A DNA stretch of 63,136 nt, the filler included, from Stramenopiles sp. TOSAG23-3 (taxonomy: Eukaryota): assembly GCA_900128585.1 (NCBI GenBank). It is 6 parts of 6 records of this genome, joined end to end, with 100 filler letters (N's around TTAATTAATTAA, not from the genome) between each part and the next. Parts side by side here need not be neighbours in the genome. Positions count along the whole stretch, not along the records: positions 29,737 to 44,452 come from LT642548.1; 5 more parts are not named here. One strand, given 5' to 3'. This document shows, piece by piece, positions 29,916 through 40,400 of this stretch. The stretch's first letter is position 1. The number at the start of each line of letters is the position of its first letter. The translations under genes and the position numbers were made by a program. The notes beneath the pieces were generated by a model that did not search any database, was not told where the DNA came from, and saw only the letters and a list, made by a program, of their open reading frames with translations.

Positions 29916-31094
29916 ATGTCAACGGGTGCGTTGAAGACGGCTGCTGTCTACATTTGTGCGACGCGTCAGCACATAGGAAAAAGCTCTGTGTGTATGGGCG
30001 CCGTTTCAGGGCTAAAAAGGAGGTTCCGTAATGTGGGCTTTATGAAACCTGTCGGGCAGCGGCATGAATTCGTTGATGGAAACAGGGTCGACTCAGACGT
30101 TTGCTTGATTAAGGAATGTTTTGGATTGACGGATCACTACAGGAATATGAGCCCCGTGGTAATACACCCATCGTACACACGAGACCTTTATGCTGGCTCC
30201 GACTACCTAAACAGACTTGCCGAAGAGAAGAGTAGAAATCAAGAGAAAATTGTGAATGCTTTTGAGAACATTCGGAAGGAGAAAGATTTTACCGTTGTAG
30301 AAGGTACGGGTCATACTGGAGTAGGAAGCGTTATTGGGTTCAGCAATGCGCAAGTCGCAGCCATGCTCGACATTCCTATGGTAGTGGTTGCGAACGGTGG
30401 CTTCGGCAGGACGTTTGATGAGTTGCACGTGGCAGTAGAGTACGCGAGGTCTGCTGGTGCCGATGTACGGGGAGTCATTATAAACAAAGTGCAGCCAAGC
30501 AAAAGGGATGAAGTTAAAGATTTCTTGGAAACGTCATTTTTGCAGCAGATGGGGCTGGAAAACATGGGCATCATCCCGTACGGGGATCTCCTGGACTCGC
30601 CCACTATGAAAGATTTCGAAGACTTGTTCAAGACGAAGTTGCTTGCAGGAGAAAATCACAGGTTCCAACACTACAAGGATATTCAAATTGTAGCCACGGG
30701 TTTGCGACGGTTTATAGAAAAATTAGGGAGCGGTTTGTACGATAATGCAGCGTTTGTCACGCACGCTAGCCGTGCTGACATTGTCCTAGGCTTTATATCC
30801 CACAGCCGGGTGTATGAAAAAAGGACGGGGGAGCGTTTCCCTGGGTGTCTGATCGTGGCGGGCCAGGACATTGGGAGCGCTGGCGGGGGGAATATCACCA
30901 AAGAGTTTCCGCACGTCATGTCTGCTATTCGACTTGCTGATGCGCCTGTTCTCTACGTCGAAACTACAGTCTACGAAGTGATGAAGGAGATTAATAATAA
31001 CGTTAGCAAGCTAGATGCACAGGACAAAAAACGAAATGAAGCGGCAATTGATTTGTACGAAAGTCATATCAATTTTGACAAACTAATTCGTTAA
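29916..31094 (+). CDS. BioD-like P-loop (AAA_26) plus DRTGG protein (phosphotransacetylase N-terminal region without the catalytic PTA domain)
   Basis: ATRQHIGKS P-loop, VGFMKPVGQ, VVEGTGHTGVGS, SNAQVA, GGFGRTFDEL and GVIINKV, then a DRTGG-like VTHASRADIVLG and C-terminal KLDAQDKKR. Confidence 0.88.
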   Translation: MSTGALKTAAVYICATRQHIGKSSVCMGAVSGLKRRFRNVGFMKPVGQRHEFVDGNRVDSDVCLIKECFGLTDHYRNMSPVVIHPSYTRDLYAGSDYLNRLAEEKSRNQEKIVNAFENIRKEKDFTVVEGTGHTGVGSVIGFSNAQVAAMLDIPMVVVANGGFGRTFDELHVAVEYARSAGADVRGVIINKVQPSKRDEVKDFLETSFLQQMGLENMGIIPYGDLLDSPTMKDFEDLFKTKLLAGENHRFQHYKDIQIVATGLRRFIEKLGSGLYDNAAFVTHASRADIVLGFISHSRVYEKRTGERFPGCLIVAGQDIGSAGGGNITKEFPHVMSAIRLADAPVLYVETTVYEVMKEINNNVSKLDAQDKKRNEAAIDLYESHINFDKLIR

Positions 31095-31232
31095 ATATTA
31101 CAGTACTTTTCGTAAAATATAACATCTCCATTTAATTCTTGTAATATTATTTTAAGGGAATTTATAATTAAAAGTTTACAAGTATTTGGTGAAAATAAAT
31201 AATACAAGATCCAATCCTTTTTAGGAATACGA

Positions 31233-31296
31233 ATCGGATGAGGAAGGTGATTACTGGTCATTTGACATCGACGCAAATCCACCTACCGATTCGGAT
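31233..31296 (+). repeat. 64-bp dispersed repeat homologous to 44576-44639, just 5' of a T-tailed element
   Basis: Gap-free alignment, 48 of 64 identical by hand count. Confidence 0.75.
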
Positions 31297-31349
31297 CATG
31301 CACATGGGAATGACAGTCAATACTAAGTGTCAAGGTTATATTGATTAGT

Positions 31350-31495
31350 AAAACTACAAGAGCAGAGATAAGTTCGCAGTACATGAAGGAACGTAAACCT
31401 CTATTTAATGGACAAAAGGAGCAGATTCATTTTCGCGGTACATGAGGAAGATAAATTTTAATTACTTATAAAAAAACAGCCAATTTTTTGTTTTT
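31350..31495 (+). mobile_element. Longer, diverged T-tailed element copy
   Basis: AGATAAGTTCGCAGTACATGAAGGAA matches the reverse complement of 48871-48900. GTAAACC..TTTAATGGACAAAAG..AGATTCATTTTCGCGGTA matches the reverse complement of 1311-1356. It ends AACAGCCAATTTTTTGTTTTT. Confidence 0.75.
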
Positions 31496-32137
31496 ATAAT
31501 CATATCATTATTGCAGAAAGAGAGAAGAAAGCATTATCTATATTATTGCGCCAACAAAGCAGCACAACAGAGGAAGAAAAAAAGATTTTAAAAAATTATA
31601 CGACTATATTTTTTTTATACGTATAATATTAGTCGTCTAACCTACAATATTTATTAATAATTCGTATGATGAATAGACTAAAATATTTAAATTATTATTT
31701 AATATAGTCCTAATAATATGAAAATATAGTATCTGAAGAACAATATTAAATCGTAAAACTAACAGTGCCGAGGAAGAAGAAGAAGAAGACCGTTGGTTAT
31801 TTTTTTATCATATAAAAATATGAAGTGTAATTTAAAAATTAATATATCTGTACCCAAAAAGTGGAAAGTGGACCAATTATTAATAATTTATTGATGATGA
31901 TGATGCTGTGTTTATGTTATTTTATGTATATAACAAATAGTCGAATATTATTAGTCTATTAATGAGTAAATCAATTGTGTATATATACACATGTGCATAT
32001 GAATGCAAACGTATGATACACGCACTCAATTCATGATGGAGTTTGATGAAAAACGGACGAACCAAATGCCTTGGTGTTCATTTTGATTCCATCTGGACGA
32101 ATCTGAGCGCTTGTGCGGTGGCGTGAAAGTCAGTAAA

Positions 32138-34012
32138 ATGGCCGGGTATAGGAGACACAAGCCGATTGGAGCGTCACTGTTGGGCTACAAGACGTTCAAG
32201 AGCAACGTCGATACTCGATCGCTCCCCTGTAAGGCTAGGCGGCGTCGGAGGGCGAGGACGGACGCTCCGCCGCCTCAGAAATCCTACGCAAGGGAACAAT
32301 TAGACAAGTTGGCTGGGCAAAAGGTGCCTGGGAATCGGCGAACACGGGGGCGCAAGCAAAAGTTAACAAGTTCGCCGTCTTCTGCAATCTCGCCCCCAAG
32401 GGAAGAGCGAGATGTCAGCCCTGACAATATTGTTCGGCTTACGCCTGAGACACCTCCTTGGAAAGATCCTCTGGACGAATGGGAGCCACCCACGCTACCC
32501 GTCCGTAAGATTCACAGTCGCAAAATGCACAAAAGAATGAGGCACAAAATTGGAAAGACCAACTTATCACCGCAGCACTTGAATACAATGATTAAAGGTA
32601 AATCATGGAAAGACATCCAGTACGAGATTAGAGAACACAAACACCGTCAAGCGAAGGTAGATCACCATAGAAAGGTTCTACACAAGATCAGAGAAGAGAA
32701 AGAAGCCTTGTACAACAGCCCAAATGCTCGCGCAAACCGACAGTTGCGAAAGAATTTGGCTTGGGGAGGTGCCATGGGGGAAATCGCGGTCGTGGTTGAT
32801 GCATCGACGAATGAAGGGGGGGACACGAGCCATTTTACTTACGAATTGAAGAAACAGCTTCGCAAAGATAAAAAGTTAAAACGCGAAAAGATGCTCAAAC
32901 AGAAGAAAATCGAAAAGGCCAAAAATTTCGCCGACACTCTGCCATATTTACTGGAACCGGTGCAGTTTGACAATGTTAGGCAGAAGGATGAAGCCCTGCG
33001 CCAGAACGTAATGTTGGAAAAGAACACGCTGAGGAACATAAGGCAGAATCTAGAACATAACCTGCTGCGTAACAAAGGCGCAGCCAAAAGAATGAAAGGT
33101 TTGTTCCGGTCCATTGATAACCGCGGGCGTGGTGTCATCTCCAGAAAGGAATTTTATGGCGTTATGAACGAAATGAACCCGAACTTGCGGATGGCAGATA
33201 TTGACAAAATTGTTCGAAACTTAAAATCTCGAGATGGAGTTGACGGTGGAGGCATCGCTTATCAAGAGTTTACGGCCAGTCTCCTGAATGAGAAGGTCCC
33301 TGGCCCCCCGAAACGAGTAAGAGTGAAGTGGCTTGGGGAACGGAACGATTTTTATGAAGCTGGGCAAGGAATGGAGACCGGCAGAGGTGGAGCACTACAG
33401 GACACATCTAGAATGGATTCAGTTTTGACCATGCGAAACGCTGTGTCTCTGCCTGCTTTGGTACCGCCGCCACCCATAAATACGAAATCGCTCCGCTTTG
33501 GCTGCACACCAGGGAATGATACCACGCAGCTACTTCAGAACAAATTATTCAGCGAGAAAGAACGGTTCGCCAGACACCAAAAACTAGAAGAAAAAAAGAG
33601 TCGAAGGAAAGTAGACGGCTATCGAGAGCATTTTAAACAGTTGAGCAAGTCAAATGACATGAAAGCTTCGCTGAGAGAACGGAAAAAATTAGTGGCCAAA
33701 CTGAAGGTCAAACAGGCCTACGATGAACCTATCATGGAGAGAGCAAAGATTGAGTACGAATATGCTATGAAATCTGGGGGTGGTGGGAAAAGATTGAGTG
33801 AGACGTATCTGGATCATCGGGCGCACGGGCGCGGGGTCGTTCAAGTTGGGGGTGTAGACGATTACCGAGAAGCAATGAAACGTAGAAATCCCAATGCTAG
33901 CGTCCATGTCCGCTCGCCTGAGTACAGGAGGGTATTTAACCTTCCTCAGAATCCAAAGATCATGGCGCATCATCGCACAAATAGTGAAACACGACAACGA
34001 CTTTTCGGTTAG
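32138..34012 (+). CDS. Basic coiled-coil protein with an EF-hand pair (624 aa from the first ATG)
   Basis: Long ORF with EF-like loops LFRSIDNRGRGVISRKEF and DGVDGGGIAYQEF. Confidence 0.75.
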   Translation: MAGYRRHKPIGASLLGYKTFKSNVDTRSLPCKARRRRRARTDAPPPQKSYAREQLDKLAGQKVPGNRRTRGRKQKLTSSPSSAISPPREERDVSPDNIVRLTPETPPWKDPLDEWEPPTLPVRKIHSRKMHKRMRHKIGKTNLSPQHLNTMIKGKSWKDIQYEIREHKHRQAKVDHHRKVLHKIREEKEALYNSPNARANRQLRKNLAWGGAMGEIAVVVDASTNEGGDTSHFTYELKKQLRKDKKLKREKMLKQKKIEKAKNFADTLPYLLEPVQFDNVRQKDEALRQNVMLEKNTLRNIRQNLEHNLLRNKGAAKRMKGLFRSIDNRGRGVISRKEFYGVMNEMNPNLRMADIDKIVRNLKSRDGVDGGGIAYQEFTASLLNEKVPGPPKRVRVKWLGERNDFYEAGQGMETGRGGALQDTSRMDSVLTMRNAVSLPALVPPPPINTKSLRFGCTPGNDTTQLLQNKLFSEKERFARHQKLEEKKSRRKVDGYREHFKQLSKSNDMKASLRERKKLVAKLKVKQAYDEPIMERAKIEYEYAMKSGGGGKRLSETYLDHRAHGRGVVQVGGVDDYREAMKRRNPNASVHVRSPEYRRVFNLPQNPKIMAHHRTNSETRQRLFG

Positions 34013-34020
34013 TAAAAATA

Positions 34021-34181
34021 AATACAAAACATTGGCTCTGTGTTATTTAAGTGATTAGGGTATGAGGAAGCTAAATTTAATTACTTAAATAACAGCCAAT
34101 TTTCTTGTTTTTTTTTTAATTACTTAAATAACAGCCAATTTTCTTATTTTTATTTAAGTGATTAAAATTCATGTACTGCGA
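34021..34181. mobile_element. Nested insertion: a young T-tailed element with a doubled end and 15-bp direct repeat, inside an older copy of opposite orientation
   Basis: TTATTTAAGTGATTA occurs at 34043-34057 and 34150-34164. Removing the insert restores ACAAAACATTGGCTCTGTGTTATTTAAGTGATTAAAATTCATGTACTGCGA. Confidence 0.82.
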
Positions 34182-34183
34182 GG

Positions 34184-36340
34184 CTAAATTTCCTCAGGTT
34201 CTCTAATAAAAGCCGACGCCCCTGGCGCCGTTATTGCCGCTCTTTTTTTCCCCTTGTACTTGTCCTGCACGTACCGTCGAACACGATATGTGGAAACAAA
34301 TCGGCGCCAATTCTGGATCACTTTTCGTCGACGTTTTGCCATGTATTCTTTTTCCCTTTGAAACTCCATCTCGTCGTGAGCGGCCAAAACTGCATCTTTC
34401 ATTCCCTGCAATATCAGAACACCGTTGCGTACGGGAATCGTTCTTCCTTTCTTGCGCTCGAAACCTGCCACACACGGGACAAACTCTATATCTAATTTTT
34501 TCACCGTCAACTCAATCTTGGGTAAGTTCAAATGCAAAGCCCCTGAGGGCACGTGCCCGGCAGTCCACACTTCCCAGTTACCAAAGTCGTTTCGGGGAAT
34601 TTTTCCATCTGTCACGGGAGGTGGCACGTATACCTGCGTTTGCCAAAATCCATACAAGGGTACTTCTACCGTTCTTTTCTGGGCGTGCTCTTCATCTTCG
34701 TCGTCTTCGTCACTAGTGAGTCTATCAGATAGCATTTGCGGTCCGCCCTGACCCTGTGGCAAGCTTTTCGTCGCGAACTTTGCAGGAGTGTTGTACTCGC
34801 CTTCTTTCACTTCGCGGCACTCGCGCTTCCAGTATTTTTCCGTGTGCAGAGTCGTCACATGCTCCCGTTTATACACCGGAGCCCCACGAAAATATCCCAC
34901 AGCCTTGTCAGCCCCGTGAATGACTTGATTCTGTGTCAACAGCGACTCCAGAGCATATAATGGGTGTGTTCTAAACGCATTCTTCGTTGTTGGGATCTGC
35001 TCGTTAAGCCGAAGGGTAGATAGCTCCCTCTGCTCCTCTGATGCCCGTTTTCCCGAGGGGTAGGCCTCGCCATTTCCTTGACCACGAACATCGGCAGCCC
35101 GATTAAACGATGACATGACATATGGCAACCAATTTTCGTACTCCTTGTACTTGTCTGGAAAGTGCTGCTTGCGGGCTGCAGATGGACGGAAGGAGTACCT
35201 CTCGAGCACGTCGACTAGCTTTCCAGCATTATCAATTGCAAAGACGTACATAAGATTCTCCGTTTTCGGCCGTAACCATTCCACAGAGCTGGGCCGATCG
35301 ATCAAATGACGCACAACGTCTACATGGATCCATCGCTCTATAGTTTTGTCCGACCTCCTGACGGTACCCTTTACTGCACCTATCGATGCCGACGACTCAC
35401 CTCCGCCACTAGGTCCAGCACGCTCTGTGCTTTTCTCTATCATTCGCTTGGACTTTTTCGGGGTGGAAGACAGTTTCTTTTTGGCCCCATACAATAAATC
35501 AGCGTCCATTTGGGGCGGCAAGGCCTCCCCAAAGGCCCCTCCGTAAACTTCCACCCATGTAGTTGGGGCATTCTTCGAGCGATTGAAAGATGAGCGTGGG
35601 GACAGTAATTCCGATGCCATGTGCTTGTCCAACGATTTCCCCTTTGCACTCCCATTCGACTTCTTGCGTGTCGTGTCTTTGATTTTTTTCCTAACCCTAG
35701 TCGGTGTAACGGCAGCGACTAGACGTGCTGGTTTGCCGACGGCACGAAACAACGAACACAAGATCAAGTGCAGCTCTAACTGTGTTCCAGATTTCTTCTG
35801 GCAAACACGTATTAAACGGTCCAGTGAGACTGGTAGAAACCCTTTTGGGTGGGAATTAATTTCGCAGTTGAAGTTCTTCGCGAAATAATCTACGATCTTC
35901 TCAAGCGTGGAGGCTTTCAGAACTTTTGAATCCTGCAAAATACTCTGCATGACATCTGGACTTAAACAATAGAAGCACGCGTCGTGTACACGGGCGTCGT
36001 TGCAGATTTTGTTTTCGCGGCGGAGCCTTGCAAGTGCGAACAGCAGTTGGATTTGGTGAAGGGACGCGGCATCCCTGTGACTTCCAGGTACCACTTTCTT
36101 CTTTTTCTTCTTCTCGCGCTCCTCATCCCTTTTTCGCTTCTTGTCTATCAAAATCTTGATGCCGTCCGCAGGTATATCGACAGGTGCGCTTGGAGGTTCA
36201 ACTGTCGAACTCAATCCACCAGCAGGAACGGAAGCCTCTTCCCAATCATCGGACGAGTCACTTCGAAGTTCCAAGTCAAAACTATCATCACTACTGTAGT
36301 CACTTGAGGAGGCAGCCTCCTCTTGAACCAGAGAGCTCAT
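34184..36340 (-). CDS. XPC: DNA damage recognition protein XPC/Rad4
   Basis: Transglutaminase-like region (LFRAVGKPARLV, WVEVY, WIHVD, YVFAID, DVLERY). BHD domains: PTTKNAFRTHPLYALESLL, VYKREHV, LYGFWQT..YVPPPV.DGKIPRNDFGN and CVAGFE...PVRNGVLI. Confidence 0.93.
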   Translation of the reverse strand: MSSLVQEEAASSSDYSSDDSFDLELRSDSSDDWEEASVPAGGLSSTVEPPSAPVDIPADGIKILIDKKRKRDEEREKKKKKKVVPGSHRDAASLHQIQLLFALARLRRENKICNDARVHDACFYCLSPDVMQSILQDSKVLKASTLEKIVDYFAKNFNCEINSHPKGFLPVSLDRLIRVCQKKSGTQLELHLILCSLFRAVGKPARLVAAVTPTRVRKKIKDTTRKKSNGSAKGKSLDKHMASELLSPRSSFNRSKNAPTTWVEVYGGAFGEALPPQMDADLLYGAKKKLSSTPKKSKRMIEKSTERAGPSGGGESSASIGAVKGTVRRSDKTIERWIHVDVVRHLIDRPSSVEWLRPKTENLMYVFAIDNAGKLVDVLERYSFRPSAARKQHFPDKYKEYENWLPYVMSSFNRAADVRGQGNGEAYPSGKRASEEQRELSTLRLNEQIPTTKNAFRTHPLYALESLLTQNQVIHGADKAVGYFRGAPVYKREHVTTLHTEKYWKRECREVKEGEYNTPAKFATKSLPQGQGGPQMLSDRLTSDEDDEDEEHAQKRTVEVPLYGFWQTQVYVPPPVTDGKIPRNDFGNWEVWTAGHVPSGALHLNLPKIELTVKKLDIEFVPCVAGFERKKGRTIPVRNGVLILQGMKDAVLAAHDEMEFQREKEYMAKRRRKVIQNWRRFVSTYRVRRYVQDKYKGKKRAAITAPGASAFIREPEEI

Positions 36341-36834
36341 CAGAGTTTCAATTTTTTAAAAACCCCGCACGTGTGTCTATTCTCTCCCCGGCGTGAAACG
36401 TAGTCATGTAGAAGATTAACGTTACGTTGCCGGTATGTGCAACTGTAGCTCGTAGAGTATGCGATGCTTGATGGCGTTTCTGACAATCTGTTTTTCGAAA
36501 TGATTCGATTATATTTATAAACTAGCAAAATTTTCACATGTTCTTGAGTATTTACGATGAGCACACCCAAGAATACCATTACTGCTGCCGTCGCCACGCA
36601 AGTTTGTCCCCCCGATTATTATTATATTTTTTACCAACAACAGCCACAACAACAAAACAAACAAATTGCCTTTTTGCTGTTGTCGTTGTGTCGCTCGCCC
36701 TCCATTTTTTTTGCTGCTTTTTATTTATACTGTGCTGTGCATATATACTCTATTTGTTTTTACATTTAATATAAACACAGCAACATCAGAACCGTCGATT
36801 TTCACATGGTCAAATCTTCTTGGGAGGATGCAAG

Positions 36835-37321
36835 TATCTTTGGCGCGGAATTGAAAAATGGTGAACGAATTTGTGTTAACTATTTCAAACGAAGAGATCT
36901 TTATGAAAAAGGGATAATTATTACAATTTTAAACGGTCAAAAGTCTTTTTAGATAAACAAAATTGTGCCCATACCCCTTGATTTCCCAGAACCCACAAAA
37001 AAAATAGTGATTGGTTGGTTGGCGTTTGGTCCAAATCGTCCATTTCACACAAAATTGTCCCTAGGAACCGTAATTCCAAGTCAATTGAGGGCAAACAATT
37101 TATAAACGTTCGTTGAAGGCCGGACATCGGGATCGCAACGATAGCTTAATCTAAACTTATGAAGATGAGCGTTCTCCTTCCTTTCTTTTGTCATTTTTGG
37201 TCAGAATACTTCCATACTTTGAAATTCGAGTTGGATTTTTTTTCGCGCCAAGGACACTTAACACTTTATAGAACAGGTGTCTACTATCGCATTTTACTTA
37301 AAGAAAAACAACCACGGTCGT
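36835..37321. repeat. Dispersed repeat of about 487 bp, copy 2
   Basis: Collinear with 28635-29121, on a different contig. Confidence 0.9.
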
Positions 37322-37426
37322 GTATTTTTAATCTGGTGCAAGGGGGAGATGTACAGGTACACAGTATGGATGATTTAGATGAGCTAAAATTAAAATAAGT
37401 AGCAAAAATGCCAACAAGACGGTACT

Positions 37427-40400
37427 TTACTTCTTTTTAAACCCACTTTTTGTCCTAGATCTATCGCGTTTCTTTCGTGACACTCCAGCCTTTAGAACAT
37501 CGTCGCCTTTTTTGCTTTGTTGCATGTTAGGGTCTGACCCGTCATCGCGCATTTTTTTTACCATTGCCCTCGCCCGCTCCATCATGACTTTCTTGTCTTC
37601 CCAATACTTTTGCCCAAGAAACTTTCTCTGCAAAGCGTGCTGCAATTTGAACGCTGGATAAAGGAATGGTGGCATCTTCACGCACAATTGGTAAAAATCC
37701 TTGAATGCTACCATGGATTCCATAGTCTTGGGGTTCATGTTCAACTTCGTATTTGCGAGTTTCATTGCGTTTCGGCTCAAGACCCCGGGTGCTTGTCTGT
37801 CCATCATTTGAAGAAGACCCTGGACGTCGTGAGCTGTGGCATGCCTGGTTCCATCCGGGTCAATCATGCTCCAAAAGAAGCGCGCCATGAGTTCAATGTC
37901 GAACAAGCAAAAGTGGGATATTGCTTTCACAAACATTCCAAAGTCAAGTATTTCTCCCGTCACCTTCTCCCCGACTGGGTGGTCGTGGAACTTGAATATG
38001 TGTTCGGAAATAGTTGTTCGGAGCTCCCCAACGTACTCGAAAAACTCGTCGAGGTCCACAGTGCCACTGTAATCAGCGTCCATCTTGTGGAACGCACCCC
38101 GCAGAAATTCAATATCGTCAGTCGAGTATCCAACGAATTGGACCTGCTCGAGGAGAAGCTGCCTGCTATGACCGTCCATGGACAGACTAGCCACGTCCAT
38201 TGCATCACGAGGGATCAGTGCTTCTGTTTGCGCGTGTTTTTGCTTGGCGGTCATGGCCGGGGTCGTGTGCTTCAGGAAAAGGTGGCACCCTTCGTCCATC
38301 CCAAACTCTTCAAAAGAGGGTTCGACCTTTTGCCAGCCTTGTTTTACAATTTTTTGCCTTGTTCGGGCATCTGTCACTGTCCGCACCCCACGGATCAGGT
38401 CCGTGCCGTCACGTCTGAACTGAATTTCAAATTTGCACTTCGGGTTCCACACAATGTTGAAGCCTTGCTTTCGCAACTCCAACCGACGAAGCTCCGCCTC
38501 GTGTTTGTTGTGTAACTTTGGGGGCTTGACAATCATCACATCGGTCAAAATATGAGCAGTTCTTTCTTTCCCAATTTTTTGCCATATCTGAATATACTTC
38601 GGGCGGTGAACTTTTTGCCCCTGCGACATCTTGTATGCCGTGTGATGGACGTCTGGTCCCACCTTTTCGAAATATTCTCTTTCCTCGTGCATGTGCACTT
38701 TCTGTATGTCGAAGAAATTGTCCAGTTCCGTTTGGCCGACTGTGATCATCAGGTCCACAACCCCAGTTTGAGCTACCATAATCTTTTGCCTGGCTTGAAT
38801 AGAGTATATCATATTCTTTAACTCTTCTTGCTCCAGCTGCTCTTTCTTTTCATCGTCAAAATGGGCTTCGACTTTTTCCAAAACAGACTCTGCCTTCTCC
38901 AGCGCAATGTAAGGGGCTTTCTTCACCAGCATTCGCACTTTCTCCGGGTCAGACACGAGCTCTTTTGCCCTTTTGAGCTTGCCCTTCCACGTTTTTCTCT
39001 CCAAGGCTTCCTTTGCTACCTCTTCTTGGTGCTCCTTGATTCTTTGTTCCTCCAGTCTCTTTGCTTCGAGCGCTGCGCGTGCAGCGGCCATTCTGATTTC
39101 ATACTCGACATGAATTCGCCAATGTTTTTGGATCAACGCAGCACTTCGATGCTTAATTTTCCTCATAAGAGCGTCTCGCCGCCGCTCCCACGCCAGCTGA
39201 ATGAGTCTCCGTTTCTCCCTAAGCGCGGCTGCCCTTCGTTCCGCTTCCCTGTTCTTCAGAACAATTCGGTACGCCCACTTTACCTTCAGCGACGTAAACC
39301 ACCGTTTCAACCTCGTGGCGGCCGCGTGCGCTGCGACTTTGAACTCGTTGAATCGGCGCTTCCCTAGAAAGCCCCTCATGACTGCCTGTATCTTTGTTGC
39401 CAGTTCGGTTTCTTTGACAAACTGCTGGTACCTTTGTATCGCCATCTGGTTCCGATTCCACAGAATCGTCCTCCGCGTTCTCTGGATAATGATAGCGGCG
39501 CCGTTTCGAAGGATCATGTCCAACCTCCGTCCCTTTGGAGTAGATCTTTCTTCCTCCCTCCACACATTGTACAGTGCCTTGGCCTTGGCCTTCACTTTGT
39601 CGTCGGCCCGCTTGTTGTACCGTTCGTACAATTTATCGAAACGGATCTTCCGCTTGTACAGCCTCGCACGATAATGTTTCTGCAGCAACGTCGCTGCATC
39701 CCTCCGCTCTCTGCGAACCCCCAGTTCGTGGCGAGCAAGCAGTCGTCTTGCGTGCTTCTGTATTATTGTCGCCGCCTCCTTCTCTATCTTGTCCCTAAAC
39801 TCTCTGGCTTTCTTTTTCAAGTACAAGTGAAAGCGGGCATCCGACATTCTGTACGCGTTCTGTACCTTTTTGACGGCTGTCAGCAACTTGACTCTCCAAA
39901 CAGCAAACCATCTCCTCTTCGACGAACAGCGATAGAATGTTTGTATTCTCAGGGCCGCGTAGTTGTACTTAATTCTTCGGTTGTGCACAAAATGTATCGC
40001 AGCATATCTTCGCCACGCCGTCTGAATCCTCAGGCTTTTCTCCAGCTCCAATCCTTCTCTAAAAAGCCTCGCTTCGCGAGCAAGGATCAAGTGTAATCGA
40101 CCAGAGTGGCATCGAAACGACCGTTGAACCCTTACGCATGCGCTGGTGAGCGCTTCCCGCCACTCCCTGGCTCGTCGGATTGCCAGAAACCCTCGCATTA
40201 GTGCCTGTATGGCAATGGCGGCCTCGATCTCCCGTACACGCCTATTTTTCTGTCCTAGGAACTTAAAGTACCCGACATGCCCTCGGTATGTTCGCTGTAC
40301 CAACAAGACTGCATTTTCTAGCTTAATATTCCACAACCGGATTTCCTCTCTCCTGTTGATTGCGGCTATTTTACCGTACCGGTACATCCTCCACATGCTC

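Noticed and set aside
31233-31300. Hammerhead ribozyme near the element (CGGATGA resembles CTGANGA)
   Set aside because: The core is mismatched and there is no GAAA after a stem II.
34095-34112. snRNA or spliced-leader RNA (Sm-site-like AATTTTCTTG with a T-run)
   Set aside because: I recognised no U snRNA or SL structure or donor site, and no Pol III A/B boxes. An Rfam search would be needed to exclude this fully.
28763-37127. Conserved small protein TFINCLPSIDLEL (ORFs 28763-28972 and 36921-37127)
   Set aside because: The similarity comes from the 487-bp DNA repeat. Substitutions are not concentrated at silent positions and the ORF starts are not shared.
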